A stretch of 64,000 nt of DNA from an uncultured Desulfospira sp. (GTDB lineage: Bacteria; Desulfobacterota; Desulfobacteria; Desulfobacterales; Desulfobacteraceae). Every line of letters starts with the position of its first letter. Position 1 is the stretch's first letter. Below are positions 39,344 through 49,112 of the stretch, one piece after another. Under the pieces are notes generated by a model. The model searched no databases and had not been told where the DNA came from. It was given only the letters and a program-made list of their open reading frames with translations. The translations under genes and the position numbers were made by a program. Where the stretch lies: positions 5,280,001 to 5,344,000 of the forward strand of contig OY760175.1 of assembly GCA_963663165.1 (NCBI GenBank), given 5' to 3'.

Positions 39344-40411
39344 TTAATTGGTGCTGTTTCCTGTCGCTTTGGTGTCTTGTTTCTGCCAGAGGCCCAGGGT
39401 CCGCAGGGGGAGGTCTTCTTTTTTTATTTTCAGGTGATCACGGGTCAGGTAGACCCTTATCCGGTCCGGCAGGTCCAGATGTTTTCCCGGACAGGACCGG
39501 TCTTTGAAATCCCGGATGTCCCGGATATGGGTCATGGATATTTTTTTTAAGTCGCCTTTCACCCGAAAAATGGCTTCCCGGATGATCCGGCTGACCAGGG
39601 CCGGGTGATGGATTGCGAGGCCCTCTAAGGAGAGGCTCAGGCCGTGGGGAGAGCTTTCGGTCTGGATGCTGTCAAGGGCCTTAATGGCCAGGGCCTGGAC
39701 AAACTCATCTTCTTCGCGGATAATCTGGCCGGACCGGTCCAGGGAATCCCTGATTTTAGGGTTGTAGGATTGTTCCAGCAGCGGAATAAGCTGGTTTCTG
39801 ACCCGGTTGCGTAAAAACTGTTCTGTCAGGTTGCTGGAATCCAATACATAATCCTGGTCCATATGATCCAGAAAGGCCAGAATTTCTGATTTCTGGGTTT
39901 GGATCAGGGGGCGGATGATCCGTTCTCCCCGCCGGGGAGGAATCCCTTTGAGTCCGGTTGGCCCCGCCCCCCGGATAAGGGATAGAAGAACCTGCTCACC
40001 ATTGTCATCCCGGGTATGGCCAAGGGCGATTTTAGAGTATCCGAACGCCGTGGCCGTTGCCTCAAAAAACGCATACCTGGCACTGCGGCCGGCATCTTCC
40101 AGGGAAGTCCCCGTATCGGCAGCTATTTTTTTGATATCCTGATGTTCTGTAAAAAGGGGCAGGTTTAATTCTTTGGCCAGGTGGTTAACAAATGCCTCAT
40201 CCCTCTCGGATTCCTCCCCCCTGAGCATATGATTTAAGTGGGCCAGGCCAATGGTGATCCGGAACCGGGACTGCAGCGCCACAAGCCCCCTGGTCAGGGC
40301 CACGGAATCCGGCCCCCCGGACAAGCCGATCAGGACCGCATCTTTCTCACGGATCATGTCATGATTCTGTATGGTCCGGGTGATTTTTTTTAAAAAATGG
40401 TTATTGGGCAT
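39344..40411 (-). CDS. tilS: tRNA(Ile)-lysidine synthase (short form)
   Basis: SGGPDS PP-loop, HLNHMLRG, RYAFF, GHTRDD, IIRPLI, DSSN, RNRVR. Confidence 0.92.
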   Translation of the reverse strand: MPNNHFLKKITRTIQNHDMIREKDAVLIGLSGGPDSVALTRGLVALQSRFRITIGLAHLNHMLRGEESERDEAFVNHLAKELNLPLFTEHQDIKKIAADTGTSLEDAGRSARYAFFEATATAFGYSKIALGHTRDDNGEQVLLSLIRGAGPTGLKGIPPRRGERIIRPLIQTQKSEILAFLDHMDQDYVLDSSNLTEQFLRNRVRNQLIPLLEQSYNPKIRDSLDRSGQIIREEDEFVQALAIKALDSIQTESSPHGLSLSLEGLAIHHPALVSRIIREAIFRVKGDLKKISMTHIRDIRDFKDRSCPGKHLDLPDRIRVYLTRDHLKIKKEDLPLRTLGLWQKQDTKATGNSTN

Positions 40412-40609
40412 AAGTTTTATCTCAACCGGCAAACTCAAAGAACGGCATATCCGGGCTGGTTACCATTATAAGATGCCTTACCATAAATTCAAGAGATTCT
40501 TGGGCATCCATTGTTTCCAGTTTTGGTTGGGGATTTCAGGGCTTTTGTATGCCTTTAATTTGTGATATACGCACTGGCTGCAACTGAACACCCACAGCAA
40601 GGAGGCCCC

Positions 40610-41329
40610 ATGTATAAAGATTTTCAAACCATCTCAACCTATTATGATGACCTGTATGTAAAAGACGACGAATATGGCCTGGAAGCATCCCGGGTCAAAG
40701 AACTTCTTTCAAAGCACGGGGCCCGGCCGGGATCGGATATGCTGGTTCTGGCCTGCGGCACCGGAGGCCATATCCCCTTTTTCAGGGATGAGTACCGTGT
40801 CACCGGCCTGGATCTCAGTGAAGATATGCTGGCCCAGGCCAGAGATAAATTCCCTGATCTTGAATTTCACCTGGGCAATCTGATTGATTTTGAGCTGGAT
40901 ATGGATTTTGACGTGATCATCTGTCTTTACGGCTCCATTGGGTTTGTGAAAACCCATGACAACCTGTGTGCCGCAATGAAGCGGATTGCCGCCCATCTGC
41001 GGCCCGGGGGAACAGCCCTGATCACCCCGTGGAGTACTATAGAAGAATTCCAGGACATGCTGGTGGTAGATGCGGCCGACAAACCGGATTTGAAAATTGC
41101 CCGCATGGAACAGGTGCGCCTCAAGGCCCCCGGGATGGTGGAGGTGACCTTCCACCACCTGATCGGAAAAGATACCGGGGTCACCTACCATAAACAGTCC
41201 ATGGAGATCGGTTTGTTCTCCCGCCGGGAATATTTGTCCGCCATAACCGGTGCCGGCTTAACGGTTGTGGAAGAATATAAGGGCGCGGATGTCCGGGGCG
41301 GTGCCTATCTGGGACAAAAGACTGTCTGA
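40610..41329 (+). CDS. Class I SAM-dependent methyltransferase (TylM1/DesVI-like N-methyltransferase fold)
   Basis: LACGTGGH, GLDLSEDML, HLRPGG..LITPW; GGAGG RBS before ATG 40610. Confidence 0.85.
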   Translation: MYKDFQTISTYYDDLYVKDDEYGLEASRVKELLSKHGARPGSDMLVLACGTGGHIPFFRDEYRVTGLDLSEDMLAQARDKFPDLEFHLGNLIDFELDMDFDVIICLYGSIGFVKTHDNLCAAMKRIAAHLRPGGTALITPWSTIEEFQDMLVVDAADKPDLKIARMEQVRLKAPGMVEVTFHHLIGKDTGVTYHKQSMEIGLFSRREYLSAITGAGLTVVEEYKGADVRGGAYLGQKTV

Positions 41330-41374
41330 AAACCAGGCGCCCCATCGATGGGACCTGAAAATAAAAGGCAACCT

Positions 41375-42370
41375 TTAATTTTGATTTGGTTTAAAGGAAT
41401 GCTGAATATCCTTCAGCCTGTTTTTCAGGTAATGCTTGGGCAGGATGCCGAACCGTTTCTTAAACGCCTCGCTGAAATGGCTGACATTGGTATACCCCAC
41501 CTGCCAGGCGGTCTGACTGACGTTGGTTTCGGTGGTGTCCAGAATTTTTCTGGCCTCCTGCATCCGGTAATCCCGAAAATAATCAAAGACACTTTTACCG
41601 TATGCCTGCCGGAATCCGGCCTGGAGCTTTGCCGGGTTCAGCCCCGTTGTCCTGGCCAGGCAATTCAGGGTTGGCGGGGACTGCAAATCATTGACCAGCA
41701 GGGCCCTGGCCTGGGAAATTTTCTGTTTATCCGTTCTGTTCAGCAATTGCCCCCCGGGGTCCCGGTGGTCAAGGCTAAGGGCAGCCAGGTGAAGGGAAAG
41801 CAGTTCCAGGCTTTTGCCCTCCAGGTAAAGAGACCAGGGGAAGGCATTGCTGGAAGCGTTTAACAGCTGGTAGACCACGGACTGGATATCGGGTGTCATG
41901 GGCCTGATGTTGACAAATTCGGCCTGGGAATCCCCTTTGAGAACCCCCTGTAATTCAGGGGGCAGGACCTTGTATTCCCGGTTCATCACCTTACGGAAAA
42001 ACGGCAGGGTCATGTGCAGGTGGAGGATCTGCTGTTTGGCCTGAGGGGGAATGGTAAAGATTCCGGTCTGCCGGTTTTCCAGCCGGACACCGCTGATGCC
42101 GCTTTTTACAGGGGGGGAATGGGGGGCTGAGCCTGCCCGGCTGGTTTGTTTTCTGATATTGCCCGAGATGACAAAGCCAAAATCAATGACCGGAACCTGT
42201 TTTTCATACTCAAGGCAGACCGGCCTGTCCGAGGAAAAGTTAATCATGGTCATCCACAACCCCGGGCGGATATATATTTCCTGGTGGCCGTTTGTCTGAA
42301 AACCGTTATCTGGAACGTCCTGGCATGACGGTTTAAAAGCAAACAATTTTTTTGGGCCGGCCGGCGGCAT
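41375..42370 (-). CDS. AraC-family regulator (PchR/YbtA-like)
   Basis: LYLEGKSLELL, PPTLNCLARTTGLN, VGYTNVSHFSEAFKKRFGILP. Confidence 0.9.
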   Translation of the reverse strand: MPPAGPKKLFAFKPSCQDVPDNGFQTNGHQEIYIRPGLWMTMINFSSDRPVCLEYEKQVPVIDFGFVISGNIRKQTSRAGSAPHSPPVKSGISGVRLENRQTGIFTIPPQAKQQILHLHMTLPFFRKVMNREYKVLPPELQGVLKGDSQAEFVNIRPMTPDIQSVVYQLLNASSNAFPWSLYLEGKSLELLSLHLAALSLDHRDPGGQLLNRTDKQKISQARALLVNDLQSPPTLNCLARTTGLNPAKLQAGFRQAYGKSVFDYFRDYRMQEARKILDTTETNVSQTAWQVGYTNVSHFSEAFKKRFGILPKHYLKNRLKDIQHSFKPNQN

Positions 42371-42684
42371 CCCGTCTCCTAGTGGTAATCTGGCATATTT
42401 TTATAAGAAAGTCTCACTGACAAGCCGAAAAGACTTTCATTTTTCGTTGTGGGCGGTGCTTGGTTGGATAATCCAAGCCGTCCGTGACGGTTATAAGAAA
42501 CTGGAGACAAGAAACAAGAGGGCGAAGCACCTGAGGTGCCCAATTTATAGCCTGCCATTGCCGGTATCTTCAGTTTCAATATTTGTTGTGGGCGGTTCTT
42601 GGTTGGATAACCAAGACGGCCCGTGGCCGTTATTTAGATGGTTAACAAATAATCAATCCATAATCAAGCTTGCCTTTACCGGGC

Positions 42685-42988
42685 CAGGGCAATCGCATGT
42701 AACTTTCCCCACTGTTTAAGCTTACCGAATGCAATTTCAGTGCGCAGCACTGAAACTCTGTGTTTCTCTGTACCCCTCTGTGGTTAAATATAAAGAGTGG
42801 GCGAAGCCCACAATTTATAAAAACCGGGAGGTTAACGAAGAACAATTCAATCCCTTCGGGATTTCATGTTTTTAAACCACAGAGGGCACCGAGGTTTGGC
42901 TTTCGCCAAACACCACAGAGGGGCGGGCCTTGAATGCATATGTAAATAAAAATCATTAAGGATAATTTTTTTACATGCGATTGCCCTG
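42685..42988. mobile_element. 304-bp non-autonomous element with ISAs1-like CAGGG ends and a 9-bp target duplication, carrying a family B repeat
   Basis: Perfect 18-bp TIR CAGGGCAATCGCATGTAA/TTACATGCGATTGCCCTG; TTACCGGGC at 42676-42684 and 42989-42997; solo end at 43906-43923. Confidence 0.85.
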
Positions 42989-43025
42989 TTACCGGGCCGG
43001 GAACCCATTGCGTCTTTCCCCGGCA

Positions 43026-43628
43026 TCAGGCCTGGCCAGTGGTAAATATGGACAGATAATTGTATCCAAGGTCAGTACACCCGGTTTCCCTGAATCCGCA
43101 TTCAAGGGCCAAGGCCCTGACCTCGTCCGGGGAAAGGCGCATGTGGACCGGCGGCCCAAAGGACATGTCTTCTTTTTTGCACTCCATCACGGCAAGACGC
43201 CCGCCGGGTTTCAGCACCCTGGCGGCCTCCTTGAACAGGCCTTTCCGGTGATGCTCGGAACCGAAAATATGCAGCACCGTGAATGCCATGCAAAGGTCCA
43301 TGGAATGACCCTCAACCGGCAGGGGCGGCTGGGTGATATCGGCGGTCAGGCAGCAGATCCCGGGAAGGCCGGCCGCCCGGGCGGCCGCTTTGAGGGCGTC
43401 CACAATGGGCGGCCAGTGGTCTATTGCAATGACCCGGCCGGATTCACCGGTCAAACGGGCCGCCTGAAGGGCATAGTCCCCGGCCCCGCACCCCATATCC
43501 AGGATATGCCGGCCCGGGCCGATATCCAAGATTCTGAACACCTGTTCCGGTGCCTGCATCCAGTAGCTGCTCGGCCCCTGGCCCCTTGATCCGGGATGCC
43601 CTTTGCAACGCTCTGTTTTCTTTGTCAT
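43026..43628 (-). CDS. Class I SAM-dependent methyltransferase (UbiE-like fold)
   Basis: LDMGCGAGDY, VIAID, ARVLKPGGRLAVME. Confidence 0.88.
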   Translation of the reverse strand: MTKKTERCKGHPGSRGQGPSSYWMQAPEQVFRILDIGPGRHILDMGCGAGDYALQAARLTGESGRVIAIDHWPPIVDALKAAARAAGLPGICCLTADITQPPLPVEGHSMDLCMAFTVLHIFGSEHHRKGLFKEAARVLKPGGRLAVMECKKEDMSFGPPVHMRLSPDEVRALALECGFRETGCTDLGYNYLSIFTTGQA

Positions 43629-43806
43629 CTATCGTCTTCCTTTCAACACCTGATAGGACGGCCGGTTTGGCACCGGTTTGTCTTCAGGCCCATTTGACCG
43701 CATTAATGTATTGCTTATCCTCTCCAATATACCATTATTCCCCCGGATTCTGCCCTGAGGCCATTTTATTTTGCCCCGGGGGAAAAATGCCCTCTTTTTT
43801 TATATT

Positions 43807-43884
43807 CTCACGCAAAGGCGCTAAGGCGCAAAGAATACATTGCCCAAGGGAAGTTAAGCTTTGCGCCGTTGCGCCTTTGAGAGA
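43807..43884. repeat. CGCAAAG/CTTTGCG palindromic repeat
   Basis: CGCAAAGGCGCTAAGGCGCAAAG ... CTTTGCGCCGTTGCGCCTTTG. Confidence 0.65.
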
Positions 43885-44055
43885 GTTTTTTTTGTGGTGG
43901 TCAAGTTACATGCGGTTGCCCTGAAATTCACCGGTATCCCGCCCGGGGTAAAAAGAAGTCCACCCGGGGTAGAATGAAAATTTTAGGCAGGCTATCTCTT
44001 TTACCATAAAACTTTGTTTCCCGGGCCGAATGGACCGGCAGTGAAAGGAGAACCA

Positions 44056-47000
44056 ATGCTTGCATTTGGAATTGATATGGGATCCGCAGCCGTTAAAACC
44101 GCTGTGATAGATAATAAAAATCAGGTGGTTTTGGCAGACTATGTCCGGCACCATGGGGATATCCGGGGGGTGGCAAATTCCCGGCTGAAATTATTAGACG
44201 AAACATTCGGGGCCGAAAACCTGTGCTTTGGTGCGGTCACGGGCAGCGGCCAGGACCTTATGCCCGACCGGATTAAGCCGGTGAATGAAGTGGCCGCCGT
44301 GGCGGCCGCGGCCCGGGCCGTGTCTGAACAGGCCGCCTCTGTGGTGGAAATCGGGGCCCAGACCGCCAAATACATCATTGGTTTGAACGGCCATGGCCGG
44401 GGAATCCGGGTGGCCATGAATGCCAGTTGTGCCTCCGGCACCGGGGCGTTTTTAGAGGAACAGGTGTCCCGGCTGAACCTGGACCTGGAAGACTTTTCAG
44501 GCTTTGCTGCCGCGGCCAAATCCGTTCCCAGGATCGCCGGCCGGTGCGGCGTGTTTGCCAAGACCGATATCACCCACCACCAGCAGGAAGGGGTCCCGGT
44601 AGAAGACATCCTTTTAGGCCTTGCCCATGCCCTGGTCAGGAATTTCAGGGTCAGTGTGATGAAGAAGCTGCCCATGGCCCTGCCCATTCTTTTTGCCGGC
44701 GGGGTGGCCCGTAACCAGGGGATCGTCCGGGCCTTCAGGGATGTGCTGAACCTTGGAAATGACGATCTCATCGTCCCGGAACACGCCGGGGTCATGGGGG
44801 CCGCCGGTGCGGCCATGATTGCCCTCAAGGAAGGGCACGAAACCAGCCTCCTGTCTTCCGGAAACCCCATGTACGGGACCAGCCAACGGCCTGCCTCAAA
44901 AAGTTTCAGCCTCCCGCCCCTGATTTCCTTTGGCTGGGACGACAGCTCCGGCAAACATGACATTCCGGTTGCCTCTGCCCCGGAAAACGGCGTTTACCTT
45001 GGCATTGACGTGGGTTCCACCAGCATTAACCTTGTCCTTACCGATCCGGCGGGCCGGGTGGTGGATTTCCTTTATTTAAGGACCCGGGGGGTACCCGCAG
45101 CGGTTGTCGATCACGGGATCAGGGAATTAAAATCAGTTCACGGCAATGCCATGAACATTCTCGGCACCGGGGTGACCGGGTCCGGCCGTTACCTGATCGG
45201 AAAACGGGTGGGTGCCGACATTGTAAAAGATGAAATCACGGCCCAGGCAACCGCAGCCATGGCCCTTTACCCTGATGTGGACACGGTATTTGAAATCGGG
45301 GGCCAGGATTCCAAATTCATCCGGATTCAGGACGGCCAGGTGACGGATTTCCAGATGAACAAGGTCTGCGCTGCGGGAACCGGCTCTTTTATTGAGGAAC
45401 AGTCTTTAAAACTGGGCATTCCCATTGACGATTTCGGCGCCATTGCCTTGAACAGCAACCATCCCATTGACCTTGGCCAGCGGTGCGCCGTGTTCATGGA
45501 AGCCACCCTGGCAGGGCATCTGGCCCGGGGTGCTGAAAAAAAAGATCTGGCCGCCGGCCTTTGCTATGCCGTGGTGAAAAATTACCTAAACCGGGTGGTG
45601 GGCGCCAAAAAAATCGGCAGCCGCATCCTGTTCCAGGGCGGTCTTGGCCATAACCAGGGGGTGGTCAATGCCTTCAGGGCCGTTCTGGGCAAAAAACTGG
45701 AGGTACCGGAATTTTTCAGCGTCACCGGCGCCTTAGGGGCAGCCCTTCTGGCCAAAGAGGCCGGGGAGAATCAGAAAGAGGATCAAACGGCCCGGTCCCG
45801 GGATTGCCGGCCAAAGCAGAATCCGGATACACCGGTGGAAAACCGGTATGCCACCCATGTTCAGGACCTGGTATTTGAAGGTTACACCGGAACCCTTGAC
45901 CCGGATAAAGAGATCGTTGGCCTTCCCCGGGCCTTGTTCACCTTTGGCATGTTTTCCATGTTTTACACCTTTTTTAAGGCCCTGGGATTCAATGTCCTTT
46001 TGTCACCGCCCTCTGATGAACAGACCATTGCACTTTGCCAGGAACACTCCCTGGACGAGACCTGCTTTCCGGTCAAGCTGGTCAACGGCCACATGGCATG
46101 GCTGATATCCCGGAATGTGGATTATATTTTTTTCCCGGACCTGTATACGGTTCACCACCCGAGGTCAAAGTCCCGGCAGAATTTCGGGTGCGCCTATATG
46201 CAGCTTGCCTTTAAGCTGATGAACCAGGCCATGGACCTTGAAAAAAGCGGCATTACCCTGCTTTGTCCCACCATTGCCTTTAGCTTAGGCCCCCAGTTTA
46301 TGAGTGATAGCTTTACCGCCTTAGGCCAACGCCTTGGCAGGACAAAGGAGCAGACCATGGCGGCCCTTGGAAAATCCATGGCAGCTTTTCAGCAATTTGA
46401 AAAACGGCTGGCAGACCATGGGAAAGCGGTCATAAAAAATCTGGACCCGGATGAAAAGGCCTTTGTGCTGATTTCCAAAATTTACGGGGTGGCCGACCCG
46501 GTACTTAACCTTGGCATCCCGGACCGGCTGGCTGAAATGGGGTATAAAACCATTTCCTTTTTTGACCTGCCCGAAGGCGATATTTTCCAGGAGCATCCCA
46601 ACATGTACTGGCCCTTTACCCAGCACATCCTGGATCCCGCCTATCTGATCAGAGAACATCCCAACCTGTTTGCCGTTTTGTTGACCCATCACGGGTGCGG
46701 GCCGGATTCGGTGGCTTCCCATTTTTTTGCTCAAATCATGGCTGACAAGCCGTTTTTGTCCATCGAAGTGGATGAACACGCCTCAAGGGTAGGGGTCATG
46801 ACCCGGTTAGAGGCATTTGTGGACCGGATTTCCCATATTCCGGTTCACAGGGCTGAACCAATTGAGGCCTATGAAAAGAAAGTGGTTCACACCCCCGTGA
46901 ACATGGTCCAAACCCTGAAAGCGCTTCCTGCCGGAACCAGGCTTTTTCTTCCCCACCTTCCCTTTTATTCTCCCATTCTCAGGGAAATCCTGGCCCGGCA

Positions 47001-48000
47001 GGGTATATCTGCCGGGCTCCTGCCCATGAGTGGCGAAAGTGCGTTGAACCGGGGACGGTGCCACACAACCGCCAATGAATATTTTTCCCTGACCGCCCTT
47101 TTGGGGGATATCCTTGAAAGCCTTGACCATGACCCGGACCCGGAAACTGCGGCATTTCTCATCCCCCAGACCGAAGGGGCCGAGGTGGATGGACAGTACA
47201 GCCGCTTTATCCGGACCAAGCTGGACCAGGAAGGATTTAAGGGAATACACCTGGTCTCCCCGTTTTTAGAAGACGGCATTGCCGGGGACCCGGATGTCCT
47301 GAATCTCTTTTTTTCAGGCATCCTTTCCGCCGACCTGATCTGGCTGGCCCCGCCCCGGCACCGCCAGGCCCATCTATCCTTTGTTTTAGACCTGATCCAA
47401 AAAGATGAACTCACCCCGGATAACCTTATCATCCTTGCCGCAATTATCCGTAAAAATATCAAGGCCCTGGACTTTAAAAGCCGGATTTTTGCAATCGGCG
47501 ATCCCCTGGTGCTGTTTAACGATTTTTTAACAGACCGCCATTTTTCGTGGCTTGAATCCCGGGGCCACCGGGTGGTTTATGCCCCGATGAGCGAATCCCT
47601 GGCAATGGTGTGGAAAGACTGGGCCGAACAAAACGGAAAAGAAAAGGGCCCGGGACTGATAGAACGGGTCCGGGGTCTGTGGGGCCTGATCCGGAATGTA
47701 GATGAGCATCTTTCCGGTGCCGGACTGTTTTCAAAGGACCCGGGCCGTTTGGCCAGGTCTGCCCATGCTGCCTTGGGATATTACGCCGGGGCCAACGGCC
47801 GGTACCGGATAGGCAAATGCCTGGACGTAAACCCTGAAGTCAACGGTATTATCGCGGTATCACCCATGTATGAGAACACGGGCATTTCCCTGAACGCCCT
47901 TAGCCGGAAGCTGAAATTTCCCATGCTCAACCTCACCCTTGACGGCAACCCGAACGCGTCGGACAAAACCCGGCTGGAGGCGTTTTTGTATTATCTGTAA
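44056..48000 (+). CDS. 2-hydroxyacyl-CoA dehydratase activase-like multidomain protein (two BadF/BadG/BcrA/BcrD ATPase domains plus DUF2229-like region)
   Basis: GIDMGS/GIDVGSTS, EIGGQDSK, MNxxCAxGTG twice, ETCFPVK, HGCGPDS, EVDEH; AAAGGAG RBS before ATG 44056. Confidence 0.88.
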   Translation: MLAFGIDMGSAAVKTAVIDNKNQVVLADYVRHHGDIRGVANSRLKLLDETFGAENLCFGAVTGSGQDLMPDRIKPVNEVAAVAAAARAVSEQAASVVEIGAQTAKYIIGLNGHGRGIRVAMNASCASGTGAFLEEQVSRLNLDLEDFSGFAAAAKSVPRIAGRCGVFAKTDITHHQQEGVPVEDILLGLAHALVRNFRVSVMKKLPMALPILFAGGVARNQGIVRAFRDVLNLGNDDLIVPEHAGVMGAAGAAMIALKEGHETSLLSSGNPMYGTSQRPASKSFSLPPLISFGWDDSSGKHDIPVASAPENGVYLGIDVGSTSINLVLTDPAGRVVDFLYLRTRGVPAAVVDHGIRELKSVHGNAMNILGTGVTGSGRYLIGKRVGADIVKDEITAQATAAMALYPDVDTVFEIGGQDSKFIRIQDGQVTDFQMNKVCAAGTGSFIEEQSLKLGIPIDDFGAIALNSNHPIDLGQRCAVFMEATLAGHLARGAEKKDLAAGLCYAVVKNYLNRVVGAKKIGSRILFQGGLGHNQGVVNAFRAVLGKKLEVPEFFSVTGALGAALLAKEAGENQKEDQTARSRDCRPKQNPDTPVENRYATHVQDLVFEGYTGTLDPDKEIVGLPRALFTFGMFSMFYTFFKALGFNVLLSPPSDEQTIALCQEHSLDETCFPVKLVNGHMAWLISRNVDYIFFPDLYTVHHPRSKSRQNFGCAYMQLAFKLMNQAMDLEKSGITLLCPTIAFSLGPQFMSDSFTALGQRLGRTKEQTMAALGKSMAAFQQFEKRLADHGKAVIKNLDPDEKAFVLISKIYGVADPVLNLGIPDRLAEMGYKTISFFDLPEGDIFQEHPNMYWPFTQHILDPAYLIREHPNLFAVLLTHHGCGPDSVASHFFAQIMADKPFLSIEVDEHASRVGVMTRLEAFVDRISHIPVHRAEPIEAYEKKVVHTPVNMVQTLKALPAGTRLFLPHLPFYSPILREILARQGISAGLLPMSGESALNRGRCHTTANEYFSLTALLGDILESLDHDPDPETAAFLIPQTEGAEVDGQYSRFIRTKLDQEGFKGIHLVSPFLEDGIAGDPDVLNLFFSGILSADLIWLAPPRHRQAHLSFVLDLIQKDELTPDNLIILAAIIRKNIKALDFKSRIFAIGDPLVLFNDFLTDRHFSWLESRGHRVVYAPMSESLAMVWKDWAEQNGKEKGPGLIERVRGLWGLIRNVDEHLSGAGLFSKDPGRLARSAHAALGYYAGANGRYRIGKCLDVNPEVNGIIAVSPMYENTGISLNALSRKLKFPMLNLTLDGNPNASDKTRLEAFLYYL

Positions 48001-48112
48001 CTGCCAATAGGGACATGGGATATGGGGAAGGAGTTGCCGGGTTCTGCCCAAGTCCCAAGTCTCAGGTCCCAAGTCCCATATCCCTTATTAAACAACAAAG
48101 GAGAAGTACATT

Positions 48113-48838
48113 ATGAATTCAGAAGAAATGGAACAGCTGAAAATAAATCCCAGGCATAATTTTGACCGGGCCATCCGGGAAAAGGACGTTGCCGCCTGCC
48201 TGGTCAAGACCGCTGAAATCCACGGCCATTACTGCCCGGGAAGCGCATTCGGCGTCATGGCAACGCTTATGGGATTGGAAATCCTGGGCGGAGATACCTC
48301 CCAGGGCATGGAGGACCTCATGTCCATCGTGGAGATCAACGCCTGCTTTGCCGACGGAATCCAGGCGGTGTCCGGATGTACCCTGGGCAACAATGCCCTG
48401 GTCTTCCGGGACCTTGGAAAGATGGCCGTCACCTTTGCCCGGCGAAAGGCGCAAACCGGGGTCAGGGTGAAGATCAAGGGCCAGATCCGGGACCATGTGG
48501 ACCGGGTCCTTCCCGAATTTTTCCCCCTCATGGAAAAGGTGATCATGGCCAGACAAGGGGGGCCTGAAGATGAGAAACAGTTCAGGGAAAAGGGACGGCA
48601 GGCGGCCTTTGCCCTGATTGCCCATCCCTTTGACACCTATTTTGAGGTCAGGACCGTCAAGGCTGAGCTGCCGCCCTATGCGCCCATTGTCGAAAGCCTT
48701 GTCTGTCCGGGATGCGGTGAGACCATCATGGTCACCAAAGCCATCCGGGAAGGGCAGAAAAAAGGATATTGCAGAATCTGCGCCGGGGAGGAGATCCCCG
48801 GGGTGGATGGCCGGGGAATCGGTTTTGAAGTTCTTTAG
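48113..48838 (+). CDS. FmdE-family protein with C-terminal zinc finger
   Basis: HGHYCPG, EINACFADGIQ..GCTLGN, CPGCGE...CRIC. Confidence 0.88.
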   Translation: MNSEEMEQLKINPRHNFDRAIREKDVAACLVKTAEIHGHYCPGSAFGVMATLMGLEILGGDTSQGMEDLMSIVEINACFADGIQAVSGCTLGNNALVFRDLGKMAVTFARRKAQTGVRVKIKGQIRDHVDRVLPEFFPLMEKVIMARQGGPEDEKQFREKGRQAAFALIAHPFDTYFEVRTVKAELPPYAPIVESLVCPGCGETIMVTKAIREGQKKGYCRICAGEEIPGVDGRGIGFEVL

Positions 48839-49044
48839 GGCCGGCCTTAAGGGGTGGCACTCAAGGGGCTTATAATGACACCACGAAGGTGTCCTTTCTC
48901 ACCCCGCGCCGGCCCTGAAGACCCTTTTGTCTGTTTAAACATTAACCCATAACATCGCATTTTTTACCGGAAAGATCTTCATTGTCACCCCATTTCCGGG
49001 TCAGTCAAAAACCAGCCATGAAGGCGTTCAGACACTAAATAATA

Positions 49045-49112
49045 ATACTGATGAGTATGGTTATCTTGACAGGGCCGGGCCGCTGCTGTATCTTTCATAC
49101 TGTCGAGTATGA
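49045..49112 (+). promoter_or_regulatory. Sigma70 promoter of the MFS gene flanked by two ATACT-N4-AGTAT palindromes
   Basis: TTGACA (49066)-17 nt-TATCTT (49089); palindromes at 49045-49058 and 49095-49112. Confidence 0.6.

Noticed and set aside
39344..40411. tilS as a truncated pseudogene
   Set aside because: All catalytic motifs are intact and short TilS forms lacking the distal domain are known
42990..43028. UGA-Cys after the methyltransferase 43026-43628 as a Sec site
   Set aside because: The domain is complete before the UGA, the downstream frame runs into a MITE end, and there is no convincing SECIS
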